Shown: positions 19,674 through 28,618 of the stretch, in pieces
How the letters are laid out: each line of letters starts with the position of its first letter
Position numbering within the stretch: position 1 is the stretch's first letter
NCBI GenBank assembly: GCA_033977065.1
Contig: JAXCHI010000002.1
Location: 128,001 to 192,000 of the forward strand
Source: Candidatus Algichlamydia australiensis
GTDB taxonomy: Bacteria > Chlamydiota > Chlamydiia > Chlamydiales > JAJFMI01
Direction of reading: 5' to 3'
DNA length: 64,000 nt
Program-made: the position numbers and the translations under genes
The notes under the pieces: generated by a model
Told to the model about the DNA's origin: nothing
The model's input: the letters and a program-made list of their open reading frames with translations, nothing else
Databases searched by the model: none

Positions 19674-21059
19674 TTAATTCATAGCAGCACTCTTAGTCGG
19701 ATTTGGGAATCCTGAAGGAGCACCTTTTTCTACTAAAAACACGTGTAGATCACTAATTAAGCCTTTTTGCTCTTCTGAAATTTGGATATGCTCATTAGTA
19801 GTAATCATTTTTACAAGAGAGAGTGTAAAATATTTGCCTTTTATTAATTCAGAAAAGCCCGAAGGATCGATTTCTTCTACTAATTCAATAAATTCTTTGA
19901 ATTTTGTGATCTTTTCTTTATCGAAGTTAGCAGTTCTAAGTATGGGACCATAAAACCCTTGGGTGTGTAAATCTATTGCTGAATTAGAGAACGTTCTATA
20001 AAGAGTTGTTTTTTGAACTCTATATCCAATATCATATAGTTTGGGAAGAATTTCTGGAGCTTCAAAAAAAGAAAAAGAATTAATCTTTGGAAAATATTCT
20101 TTTACTGATTCTGGGTAGTGTTCTATTATATGGCTTTTAGTCCTTAATCTCTCATTTTCTATTTCTTCATCTGCAATATTGGGATTCCATGTATTTACAA
20201 AAATAGATTTATTGAGAGTATGACCATGACTGTTTTTTATTTTGAATAAGTTGGGGTTAATTTTAAGTAAAAAGACGAGGGATTCATAAGTTAAATAGTC
20301 CCAAGACAAAAACTCTCCCTTGAAAATATTATTTGTTGTGAGAATATTTATTATTCCATTTTTATCGCAATACGATTTATGAAACTCAAATAACTCCCTT
20401 GCTTTTTCCAAATTTTTCGAAATTATAAAACGTTTGAAAAAGGCAGAAACATGTTCGTGGATAAATTTGGGATGGGTATCCTTTACATACTGATAAACTT
20501 CTACTTGGCCGTTTTCAATATTCAAGCAAAGATTTCTGCTTAGCAAACTATTGAAATAATCTATTTTTTTAAAAATATTAAGAGCATAGTTAGCTGTAAA
20601 AAAGGTGCCAATATAGGTTGTATTATTATTTTCAAAACTTTTTTGAAGTTTATTTTCAATATAAGACTTGATTTTTTCTCTGCCATTTATAATAGATAAA
20701 CCAATATTTCCAATAGTTATTGCCAACAACACTACACCAAACTGTTTTGTTAAACTCTTATGAATTGGATTCTCAAAACCCTCAGGTAAGTTTTCTGGAA
20801 TATTTAAAAAAACAAGGCCAACTACCGATAAATCATATAGTACAAACCTAGTAAGAAGTTGTGTTTCATTAAAAATTTTATTAAATCGACTAGGATACCC
20901 ATTTGCTCCAATGATGTGTGCTTCACCAAAAATTTTATAACCTGCACATTCAATTAAGATATTCACAGCAAGTGTTGTGATAACAGCTGCGTTACGAGAA
21001 ACCGGAGTTAAAGCTCGGTACCCAGAGCTTATAAGAGAACTACATTGAGAAAGCTGCAT
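19674..21059 (-). CDS. Hypothetical protein, paralog of 18259-19617; putative effector
   Basis: 461-aa AT-rich ORF; shared AxNxLI, TxGNI, DxGY and FLVEKGAPSGF blocks. Confidence 0.6.
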   Translation of the reverse strand: MQLSQCSSLISSGYRALTPVSRNAAVITTLAVNILIECAGYKIFGEAHIIGANGYPSRFNKIFNETQLLTRFVLYDLSVVGLVFLNIPENLPEGFENPIHKSLTKQFGVVLLAITIGNIGLSIINGREKIKSYIENKLQKSFENNNTTYIGTFFTANYALNIFKKIDYFNSLLSRNLCLNIENGQVEVYQYVKDTHPKFIHEHVSAFFKRFIISKNLEKARELFEFHKSYCDKNGIINILTTNNIFKGEFLSWDYLTYESLVFLLKINPNLFKIKNSHGHTLNKSIFVNTWNPNIADEEIENERLRTKSHIIEHYPESVKEYFPKINSFSFFEAPEILPKLYDIGYRVQKTTLYRTFSNSAIDLHTQGFYGPILRTANFDKEKITKFKEFIELVEEIDPSGFSELIKGKYFTLSLVKMITTNEHIQISEEQKGLISDLHVFLVEKGAPSGFPNPTKSAAMN

Positions 21060-21060
21060 T

Positions 21061-21480
21061 TTAATTCCTATCTTTCAAGGTTCTATATCTCTCTCCACAA
21101 AAAAACCAAGAGTCTTCTAACTTCCAGCTAAATGGATTATACTTGTAGACGTGCTTATCCACCTCTTGGAAAAAACTTAGGTCAGCATCATGCTTTGCAT
21201 AGTGATGCACTTTCGCCGCAGCAATTGTTAAGACATTTAGAATGGCAAATGAATAAAAGAGTTGTGCTGGAAAAGATTTCCGCGGTGTATCGAATAAGTT
21301 CTTTATTCCTGCATAAACTACTACAGCGGATGTAAAGACTCCAAATTTATTAACCTGAGTTGCCTCTTTTGCTGTCCACACATTTGCTGCTACAAGAGCA
21401 ATGGTTGCTACGGCGTCTGTGCCTTGAACAAATTTGGGATCTATTTTAGGGATAAAATTTTGTACTGTTTTAATATTCAT
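21061..21480 (-). CDS. Hypothetical membrane protein (Inc-like candidate)
   Basis: Several hydrophobic segments; ATGA overlap with the upstream ORF. Confidence 0.5.
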   Translation of the reverse strand: MNIKTVQNFIPKIDPKFVQGTDAVATIALVAANVWTAKEATQVNKFGVFTSAVVVYAGIKNLFDTPRKSFPAQLFYSFAILNVLTIAAAKVHHYAKHDADLSFFQEVDKHVYKYNPFSWKLEDSWFFCGERYRTLKDRN

Positions 21481-21869
21481 TTTTTTAATTCATCCTCGGG
21501 ATAGTAAATTGGAGAGGTATTCTCTTTATTTTCAAAAAAACTATTTATGAAAGAGGCTGTTTCCCTTCCAAGATTTTGTGAGGTTTCTATGAGTTCGTTT
21601 GATTTATTGTAAGCGTATATTAAGACGTTCATAGCAGTTAAAAGATAGAAGAGGGGATTGAGTTTGGTAAAGTGGCAAGAAGCTAGCCCCAATGCTATAT
21701 TTGGTCCTGTAAGCGATCTTTGAATCAAATAGGGATTTTCGTTTCTATACTGGTTGTCAAAGTAAATATTTGAAATAAGCGCTGCAACTTTAGTTGTAAC
21801 TTTTAATGTATGTGTTATTTGCTCTACTGTAGGAAGGGGGAGATATCTCCCTAAGACTGCAGCTGACAT
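21477..21869 (-). CDS. Hypothetical membrane protein (Inc-like candidate)
   Basis: AGGAG SD upstream; hydrophobic segments; first gene of a four-gene AT-rich run. Confidence 0.5.
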   Translation of the reverse strand: MSAAVLGRYLPLPTVEQITHTLKVTTKVAALISNIYFDNQYRNENPYLIQRSLTGPNIALGLASCHFTKLNPLFYLLTAMNVLIYAYNKSNELIETSQNLGRETASFINSFFENKENTSPIYYPEDELKK

Positions 21870-21939
21870 AGATCGGTCTCCTGATTTATAGAGAAAATTT
21901 TACCACAGATAGAGATATACTAAAATAGTATTAAAATTT

Positions 21940-24174
21940 TTATTCCTCGGGGCGCATAACAGGAAAGAAGACCACGTCGCGAATACTGGTTTCTCCTGTA
22001 AAGAGCATGGTAAGACGATCGATGCCGATACCAAAGCCGCCAGTAGGAGGCATTCCCTGGCAGATCGCTTCAAGGAACTCTTCATCGAGGGGACTCGCCT
22101 CTTCATCACCTGCTTCGCGCTTTTCATTTTGCTGGACGAGCAGTTGGCGTTGGATTTCTGGGTCGTTGAGTTCGGTGTAGGCGTTGCAAAATTCAAAGCC
22201 AAGGATGAATGTTTCAAAACGCTCAACGATCTGCTCTTCGCGCTCTTTCGGATTGCGATGCAGCTTGCAGAGAGGAGTCGTTTCAATCGGGTGATCGATG
22301 ATGTGTGTAGGCTGAATAAGATGATGTTCAACGAGTTCTTCAAAGAGCATAGCGATCAGTTTGCCGCGTGGAGCGTTGTCGATCGCTTCTTGTTCAAGAT
22401 CGGATTTGTCGGAGAGAGTCTTGCGTATCTGCTCATCTGAGAGTTTTTCAACATTGATATTGGCATACTCTTGGATGCTATCTTTCATTGTGATGCGCTT
22501 CCAAGGGCGTTGCAGGTTGATTGCGTGCTCTTTTCCCTCTTTATCTTTGCGCATGCCGATCTGTGTGGTGCCGAAAAGGGCGAGAGCGACATCTTCAAAG
22601 ATTTTTTCTACAAAGTCCATCACATCATTGTAATCCCAGTATGCCGCGTAGGCTTCGAGCATAGTGAATTCGGGATTGTGTGTGCGGTCGATACCCTCAT
22701 TGCGAAAAACTTTTGCGAGTTCATAGACGCGCTCAAAGCCTCCTACAATGAGTTTTTTGAGAGGAAGCTCAAGAGAGATGCGCAAAAACATCTCTAGGTT
22801 GAGGGCGTTGAGGTGCGAGACGAAGGGACGCGCTTCGGCACCGCCATACATGTTTTGCAGAACGGGATTTTCGACTTCCAGAAACTTTGTCTCCTCCATT
22901 GTTTTGCGAATGGTGGAGAGGATTTTTGAGCGAACTTTAAATGTCTCGATCGACTGTTTGTTGGTGATCAGGTCGAGCCAGCGCTTGCGGTAGCGTGTGC
23001 CTTTATCGGTTAGGCCGTGATGCTTGTCGGGAAGCGGAAGAAGAGATTTTGTAAGAAGAGTGACCTCTTTAGCATAGAGAGTAAGCTCGCCTTTTTGCGT
23101 GCGAAAGAGGTGGCCTGAGACGCCAATAATATCGCCAAGGTCGATCTTCTTTTCAATAAATTTTATTGCTGATTCCCCATCGGGCAGCCCGCAAACAGTT
23201 GTATGATCGCGGTTGAACATCACTTGAACGCGCTCTCCCTCTTCTTGCAGATGGGCAAAAGCGTTTTTTCCCATAGCGCGAAAGAGCATGAGACGGCCAG
23301 CGACACAGCTCTCAGGTGTGGTCCCACTTGCTGCTGCTTCGCTATCTGCTAACTCCTCTTTTTCATATTTACTATTGAGGTCGCGAATCGCGTGAGTGGG
23401 AGAGTACTTGTGCGGATAGGGATTCATTCCTGATGCGCGAATCTCAGCTAGTTTTTCTGAGCGCTTTTTAAAGTCGTCCCACCGAAAGTAATCGGGAAGG
23501 GGGTTGGCAATGATGATTTTTTCTTCAACAAAGCCGCCGCAATATTTTTCGATCAGGGTTTTAAGCTCAAGAGTAGCCTGGCGCAGCTCTTCTTTAGTCG
23601 TGCTTTCTAAACCCTCAATAACAAAGTTTGCGTTAGTTGTATTCTCAGTGACTTTACTCTTCTCACATTCACGATAGTTCCAAGAGCGACAGAGTACTTC
23701 CTCATCGTCGCGGTAGATAACCTCACCGGGATTCACATTTACCGTTTTGTCACCACCCAAAATAGTGAAGGGCTCATTACCTTCTGCAACCGTTAGTTCA
23801 ATTTTTCCCTTCACGTGATCAAGGTCATCAGAACCAGCTGCTAGGGTATGCTTTAAAGAGATAAGGTTGTAGAGATTGACAAGGGGATTGATGTCGGGAA
23901 GCTCTTTACCCTGCAAAGCGCGACGCGTGAGCGCTTCAACAGAGCTGCGATCTTTAGAACCAAAAGCGCGGTAGGCTTCACGCCAATCTTTAATCTTAGG
24001 CACCTGAGAAATTTTTTCAATTTCATAGCGCTCGCGAATCTCTTTTTCAGCAACGCGTAGCTGCTCCAAGATTTCTGCATGCGCTTTGCGATTATTGGCA
24101 CCGCGAACGGTAACAACCCCAAGCTTGGCATGGGGGAATTTCTTTTTAATTTCTGGGGCTATTTGTACGATCAT
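21940..24174 (-). CDS. lysS: Class II lysine--tRNA ligase with N-terminal B3/4 editing-like domain
   Basis: From about aa 225: AGRLMLFRAMGK OB fold, GGAEARPF, FRNEGIDRTHNPEFT, GMPPTGGFGIGIDRL. aa 1-220: WREAYRAFG, SSVEAL.RR, INPLVNLYNLISL, GEVIYRDD, WNYRE (B3/4). Confidence 0.95.
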   Translation of the reverse strand: MIVQIAPEIKKKFPHAKLGVVTVRGANNRKAHAEILEQLRVAEKEIRERYEIEKISQVPKIKDWREAYRAFGSKDRSSVEALTRRALQGKELPDINPLVNLYNLISLKHTLAAGSDDLDHVKGKIELTVAEGNEPFTILGGDKTVNVNPGEVIYRDDEEVLCRSWNYRECEKSKVTENTTNANFVIEGLESTTKEELRQATLELKTLIEKYCGGFVEEKIIIANPLPDYFRWDDFKKRSEKLAEIRASGMNPYPHKYSPTHAIRDLNSKYEKEELADSEAAASGTTPESCVAGRLMLFRAMGKNAFAHLQEEGERVQVMFNRDHTTVCGLPDGESAIKFIEKKIDLGDIIGVSGHLFRTQKGELTLYAKEVTLLTKSLLPLPDKHHGLTDKGTRYRKRWLDLITNKQSIETFKVRSKILSTIRKTMEETKFLEVENPVLQNMYGGAEARPFVSHLNALNLEMFLRISLELPLKKLIVGGFERVYELAKVFRNEGIDRTHNPEFTMLEAYAAYWDYNDVMDFVEKIFEDVALALFGTTQIGMRKDKEGKEHAINLQRPWKRITMKDSIQEYANINVEKLSDEQIRKTLSDKSDLEQEAIDNAPRGKLIAMLFEELVEHHLIQPTHIIDHPIETTPLCKLHRNPKEREEQIVERFETFILGFEFCNAYTELNDPEIQRQLLVQQNEKREAGDEEASPLDEEFLEAICQGMPPTGGFGIGIDRLTMLFTGETSIRDVVFFPVMRPEE

Positions 24175-24294
24175 TTCTCAGTTCCTTCCCTCCCATTCTA
24201 GAGAGTTGCCTCTCTTTTGGCAAGGGTTCACAATTTTTCTTTACCTGTATGTAAATTTTTGATAAACTCAGGGAGTTTTTGGATTTGGAGAAAG

Positions 24295-26238
24295 ATGCAA
24301 TTACAAGATTTGCAAAAGCTCGTAGTTAAGGGAGAGTCTGAAACCCTTGAATTTAAAAAAACAACTGGACAAAGATGTGAGGCAGCGAAAACAATTTGTG
24401 CATTTTTGAATGGAGTTGGTGGGTATGTGCTTTTTGGTATTTCCGACGATGGAAAACTTATTGGACAGCAAATAACAACAAAAACTTTAGAAGATATTAC
24501 GCATGAAATACGCAAATTGGAGCCTCCTGCATTTCCAGAAATAGAAATTGTTGGGGTTCGGTCAAATAGGTCAGTGATTGTTGTGCGAGTCCCAGGAAAA
24601 TTTGGGACGTTTTCCTATTGTGGACGGCCTTATATTCGACTTGGCTCTACAACACAGATCATGCCGCGTGAAGAGTATGAAAAACGTATATTGGATAAAT
24701 TTCATGCTCATCGAAGATGGGAAAATGAGCTTGCTCCTGATTGGGTGACAATCGCGGATTTGGATGAGGAAGAGATAGAGACTACATTGCAAAATGCGAT
24801 TCAGCTTGGGAGGATGAGGCAACCTTCTAAAACAGATTCTGAGTCAATTTTAAGGGGGTTAGGTCTCATAGATCAGAATCGGTTGATCAATGCAGCTATT
24901 GCTTTATATGGGAAAAGTGAAAAATTATTTTCGTGCTTTCCTCAGCTTATGATGAAACTGGCTAGATTTCGAGGAGCTGATCGGTTGCAAGGATTTATTG
25001 ATAATCGCGAATACTGGGGGAGTGCTTTTTCTTTGTTAAAAAGAAGTGAGCAGTTTTTACTTGATCATGTTCCTATTGCAGGTAGGGTAGTTCCTGGGAA
25101 AATGATTCGTGAAGATTATCCACTATTTCCCCCACTTGCTATTCGTGAGGCGATGGCAAATGCAATTTGCCATCGGGATTATACCACTTCTGGGGGAGCG
25201 GTTGGTATTGCCATGTATGATGATCATCTTGAAGTAATCAATCCGGGAACATTTCATTTTGATATTACACCTGAAAAACTCTCTTTACCACACGAATCCA
25301 AACCTTGGAATCCCATTATTGCAAGTGTGTTATATCGGGCGGGTGTGATAGAAAAGTGGGGAACAGGAACTTTAAATATCATTGAATGGTGTGTTAAAAA
25401 CAAAAATCCAGCTCCAGAATGGAAAGTACGGTCCCAATCTGTTGTAACGACTTTTTACCCTTCATCAGTGTTTAGTGGATACAAAAAACCCGAGTTGAGG
25501 CCCGAGTCATTAGAGGCAGAGGTGGTAAAATTGCTTCAAAAAGGAGCTCTCTCAAAGTCTGAAATAGCCCAATCTTTAGGGCATAAAAAGATATCTGGTG
25601 CATTGAAGAAAACACTCGATCAGCTGCTTAAGAAAAAAGAGATTTTTTATACAATCCCCGAAAAACCAAATAGTAAATTTCAGAAATATAAAAGTCCTGA
25701 ATCGGGGCCCGAGTTGAGGCCCGAGTTGAGGCCCGAGTTGAGGCCCGAGTTGAGGCCCGAGTCATTAGAGACTGAGGTGGTAAAGTTGCTTCAAAAAGGA
25801 GCTCTCTCAAAGTCTGAAATAGCCCAATCTTTAGGGCATAAAAAGATATCTGGTGCATTGAAGAAAACACTCGATCAGCTGCTTAAGAAAAAAGAGATTT
25901 TTTACACAATTCCTGAGAAACCAAATAGTAGACTTCAAAAATACAAAAGGCCCGAGTCGAGGCCCGAGTTGAGGCCCGAGTCGAGGCCCGAGTCGAGGCC
26001 TGAGTCGAGGCCTGAGTCGAGGCCTGAGTCAAGGCCTGAGTCACTCGAAATGGCTATATTAAAATTACTAGGAGAGAAGCCTCGATCAAAATCTGAAATT
26101 GCTGCTGCTTTAGGTCACAAGCACGTTTCTGGGGGGCTGAAAAAATTGCTTCTTCTTCTGTTGCAACAAGGCAAAATTGCTTACACGATTCCTGAAAAGC
26201 CAAATAGTAGGTTGCAAAAATACCGATTAGAAAATTAA
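24295..26238 (+). CDS. Schlafen/AlbA_2 + ATPase-like (RecG_C / HATPase_c_4 type) protein with three C-terminal winged-HTH repeats
   Basis: ESETLEFKK, CAFLNGVGG.VLFGISDDG (AlbA_2); REAMANAICHRDY, NPG, IEKWGTG; three copies of SKSEIA..LGHK...YTIPEKPNS..QKY; GGAG SD before ATG 24295. Confidence 0.85.
   Translation: MQLQDLQKLVVKGESETLEFKKTTGQRCEAAKTICAFLNGVGGYVLFGISDDGKLIGQQITTKTLEDITHEIRKLEPPAFPEIEIVGVRSNRSVIVVRVPGKFGTFSYCGRPYIRLGSTTQIMPREEYEKRILDKFHAHRRWENELAPDWVTIADLDEEEIETTLQNAIQLGRMRQPSKTDSESILRGLGLIDQNRLINAAIALYGKSEKLFSCFPQLMMKLARFRGADRLQGFIDNREYWGSAFSLLKRSEQFLLDHVPIAGRVVPGKMIREDYPLFPPLAIREAMANAICHRDYTTSGGAVGIAMYDDHLEVINPGTFHFDITPEKLSLPHESKPWNPIIASVLYRAGVIEKWGTGTLNIIEWCVKNKNPAPEWKVRSQSVVTTFYPSSVFSGYKKPELRPESLEAEVVKLLQKGALSKSEIAQSLGHKKISGALKKTLDQLLKKKEIFYTIPEKPNSKFQKYKSPESGPELRPELRPELRPELRPESLETEVVKLLQKGALSKSEIAQSLGHKKISGALKKTLDQLLKKKEIFYTIPEKPNSRLQKYKRPESRPELRPESRPESRPESRPESRPESRPESLEMAILKLLGEKPRSKSEIAAALGHKHVSGGLKKLLLLLLQQGKIAYTIPEKPNSRLQKYRLEN
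25489..25952 (+). repeat. Intragenic near-identical duplication of an HTH module (255-bp period)
   Basis: 25489-25697 recurs almost identically from 25744. Confidence 0.9.
25708..25764 (+). repeat. 12-bp tandem repeat (cccgagttgagg)x4 plus partial, encoding PELR
   Basis: Directly visible. Confidence 0.95.
25948..26043 (+). repeat. 12-bp tandem repeat (aggccYgagtYR)x8, encoding RPES/RPEL
   Basis: Directly visible. Confidence 0.95.
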
Positions 26239-26242
26239 TCGT

Positions 26243-28478
26243 TCAAAAGTGGGTCGACTGTGGGTCGATGTCAATTGTGTAGCGCGTCTCTTTTGGCGTT
26301 TTCAGTTTTGTTTGCAGGTTGATCAGGGCGTTGGAAAGAGTAAATCCTTTTTTAGGTCCTTTGATTAGGAATTGAAAGCGGTAGCGGTCGCGGATTTTGG
26401 CGTAGCCACAGGGGACGACAGGCAATATTTCGTAAGTAGGCGGTAGGAGTTTAAGGAGGATGTCGCGCGCATCTTTGGCAAAGCTCATTGTTGCACCATC
26501 TTTTAGTCCGGAGAAGATCAGCCGGGCGATTTGTGTGAACGGGGGATAGTGAAAGAGTTTGCGCTCTTCGATTTCTTGTGTATAAAAATTTTCATAATCA
26601 TCTTTGGCAGCGAGTTGAATGAGCGGATGTGTGGGCATGCGACTTTGGATGATCACTTCTCCTTCAAGTAGGCTGCGCCCGGAGCGGCCAGCGACTTGGG
26701 TGACAAGTTGAAAAAGGTTTTCACTAGAGCGAAAGTCGGGAATGTTCATGGCACCATCGGAGTTGAGGACACCGACAAGGGTAACAGCGGGAAAATGGAG
26801 GCCTTTGGCGATCATTTGGGTGCCGATGAGCACGTCGGCTTTTCCAGAACGAAACTGTTTGAAGAGTTCATCGTGGCTTCCTTTATGGCGGGTTGTATCC
26901 GCATCCATGCGCAGAGTGCGTATTTCAGGAAAGATGGCCTTGAGGGTGCGTTCCACTTGTTCTGTTCCGGCGCCGCGGTAGTTGAGGGTTTCAGCTGCGC
27001 ATTTGGGGCATTTGCGTGGGGGAGGATTGAGGGTGTAATCGCAGAGGTGGCAGGTAAGCAAGTTTTCTTTTTTGTGAAAAGTAAGGGAGAGTTCGCAGTG
27101 GGGGCATTTGATGCTCTCATTGCACTCGGAGCAGAGCAAAAAAGAGTTATAGCCGCGGCGGTTAAGAAAAAGCAAACTCTGCTCGCCAAGTGCAGTGCGT
27201 TTTTCAATTGCTGCAAGAAGAGGGGCAGAGAGCAGAGGGATGCGTTTCTCTTTTTCTGCTTCGCGCATCAAATCTACGAGCGTGATTTTGGGGCGGCGCG
27301 CGTTTTTAGGGCGGTTTTTCAAAATACTTAATTTGTATTTGCCGTTTTTCGCATTGGTGTAACTCTCTAAGCTTGGTGTAGCAGAGCCAAGGAGGCAGAC
27401 GGCGTTTTCGAGTTTTGCACGCATGATTGCGACATCACGACCGTTGTAGCAGGGCATTTCATCTGTCTGTTTGTAGGAGTTGTCGTGCTCTTCATCGACG
27501 ATAATGAGGCCAAGATTGGGTAGGGGGGGAGAAGAGTGCCGAGCGGGCACCGACGACAATGGGAATTTCACCGCGCGCAATGCGTACCCAACTATCATAG
27601 CGCTCTCCAAAGGAGAGACGGTGGTGGAGTATTGCAATTTTTTCTTGAAAACGACTTTTGAGGCGCTCTGCTGTTTGGGTAGTGAGGGCAATTTCAGGAA
27701 CAAGCATGAGTACAGAGCGTCCCAGTTGCATCGTTTCGGCCATTGCTTGAAGGTAGACTTCAGTTTTTCCTGAACCGGTAATACCGTGCAGGAGATGGGT
27801 GGAAAAGTTTTTTGATTTGATGTCTGCAAGTAGGCAGTCAAGTGCGCTTTGTTGCTGGCTTGAGAGGGTTTTTGGCTTCGTGGGAAAGTAGGGGAATTCA
27901 TCAAAGGGCGTGCGGTCGACTTCAACCTCGCGAATCTCAATCACTCCCTGCTTTTCAAGGGTCTCTACAGGACTTATTGAGCCTTTTGTCTGCTGCAAAA
28001 GCTCTGAAAGAAAGAGTCCTTTTGGTTTTTTTAACAGGGTTTCTAAAACTTTTGCTTGTGCGGGCTTTTTTCTTTGTAGTTCTTTGCAGAGAGCCGTGAG
28101 CTCAGCGAGGGGTTTTTTGCGGCTAATGCGTTTTTGCATTTTTGCTTTTGCTTTGCCGCGCATGGCGGAGGGCAAAAATAGTTTGAGTACGCGCCGCATC
28201 GGTGTAGCGTAGTAGTGGCTGATCCATTCAGCGAGCTGAAAGAGTTCATCTGTGAGTTTGCCCTCTTCATCTAAAATTTCAAGAGCGGTCTGCAACTTGG
28301 CAAAAGCGCTCTTTTTTTTAATTTCGATGATCGTGCCTTTGACTTTTCGCCCGCGAATCGTGACAAGTACGCGCAGGCCGGGGCGCAAATTTTCCCACTC
28401 GTTTGGAGCAAGGTAGTCGAGTGGCCTGTCGAGGGCTTCGTCGAGTTGAACGTTTAGGATTGTCGTAGTCTTTCCCAA
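26243..28478 (-). pseudogene. priA: Primosomal protein N' split by a +1 frameshift at a C7 tract (plus-strand G7, 27523-27529); may be a sequencing error
   Basis: 5' ORF has GITGSGKTEVY, VPEIALT, VVGARSALFSP; 3' ORF continues LPNLGLIIVDEEHD, SATPSLES, Zn-binding Cys pairs, QVAGRSGR; removing one C restores FSPLPNL. Confidence 0.9.
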
Positions 28479-28618
28479 AATTTCTCAATACCCCTTGACC
28501 TATTTTTTTTCACTTGGCTTTGTGCTCGAACTCGTAAACTTATTTAAGTTTACTTCGTTCTCCGCACTTTGCCAATTAAAAAAATCTAGGCGCAATTGGC
28601 ATTAAGAAATTTTAGGAA
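28472..28618. repeat. 147-bp long-hairpin element overlapping the priA start and the upstream gene's stop
   Basis: ttcccaaaatttctcaatacc pairs with ggcattaagaaattttaggaa; centre gtaaacttatttaagtttac. Confidence 0.8.

Noticed and set aside
24217..24294. N-terminal extension of the AlbA_2 protein from the TTG at 24217
   Set aside because: The domain begins at ATG 24295, which has a GGAG SD; the extension runs through the lysS promoter region
25708..26043. GC-rich short repeats as a CRISPR array
   Set aside because: Units are 12 bp, contiguous without unique spacers, in frame within a CDS, and no cas genes are present
26243..27940. 565-aa ORF as a complete gene starting at 27940
   Set aside because: Its first approximately 140 residues are off-frame translation overlapping the real priA 5' half; only the part after the homopolymer is PriA
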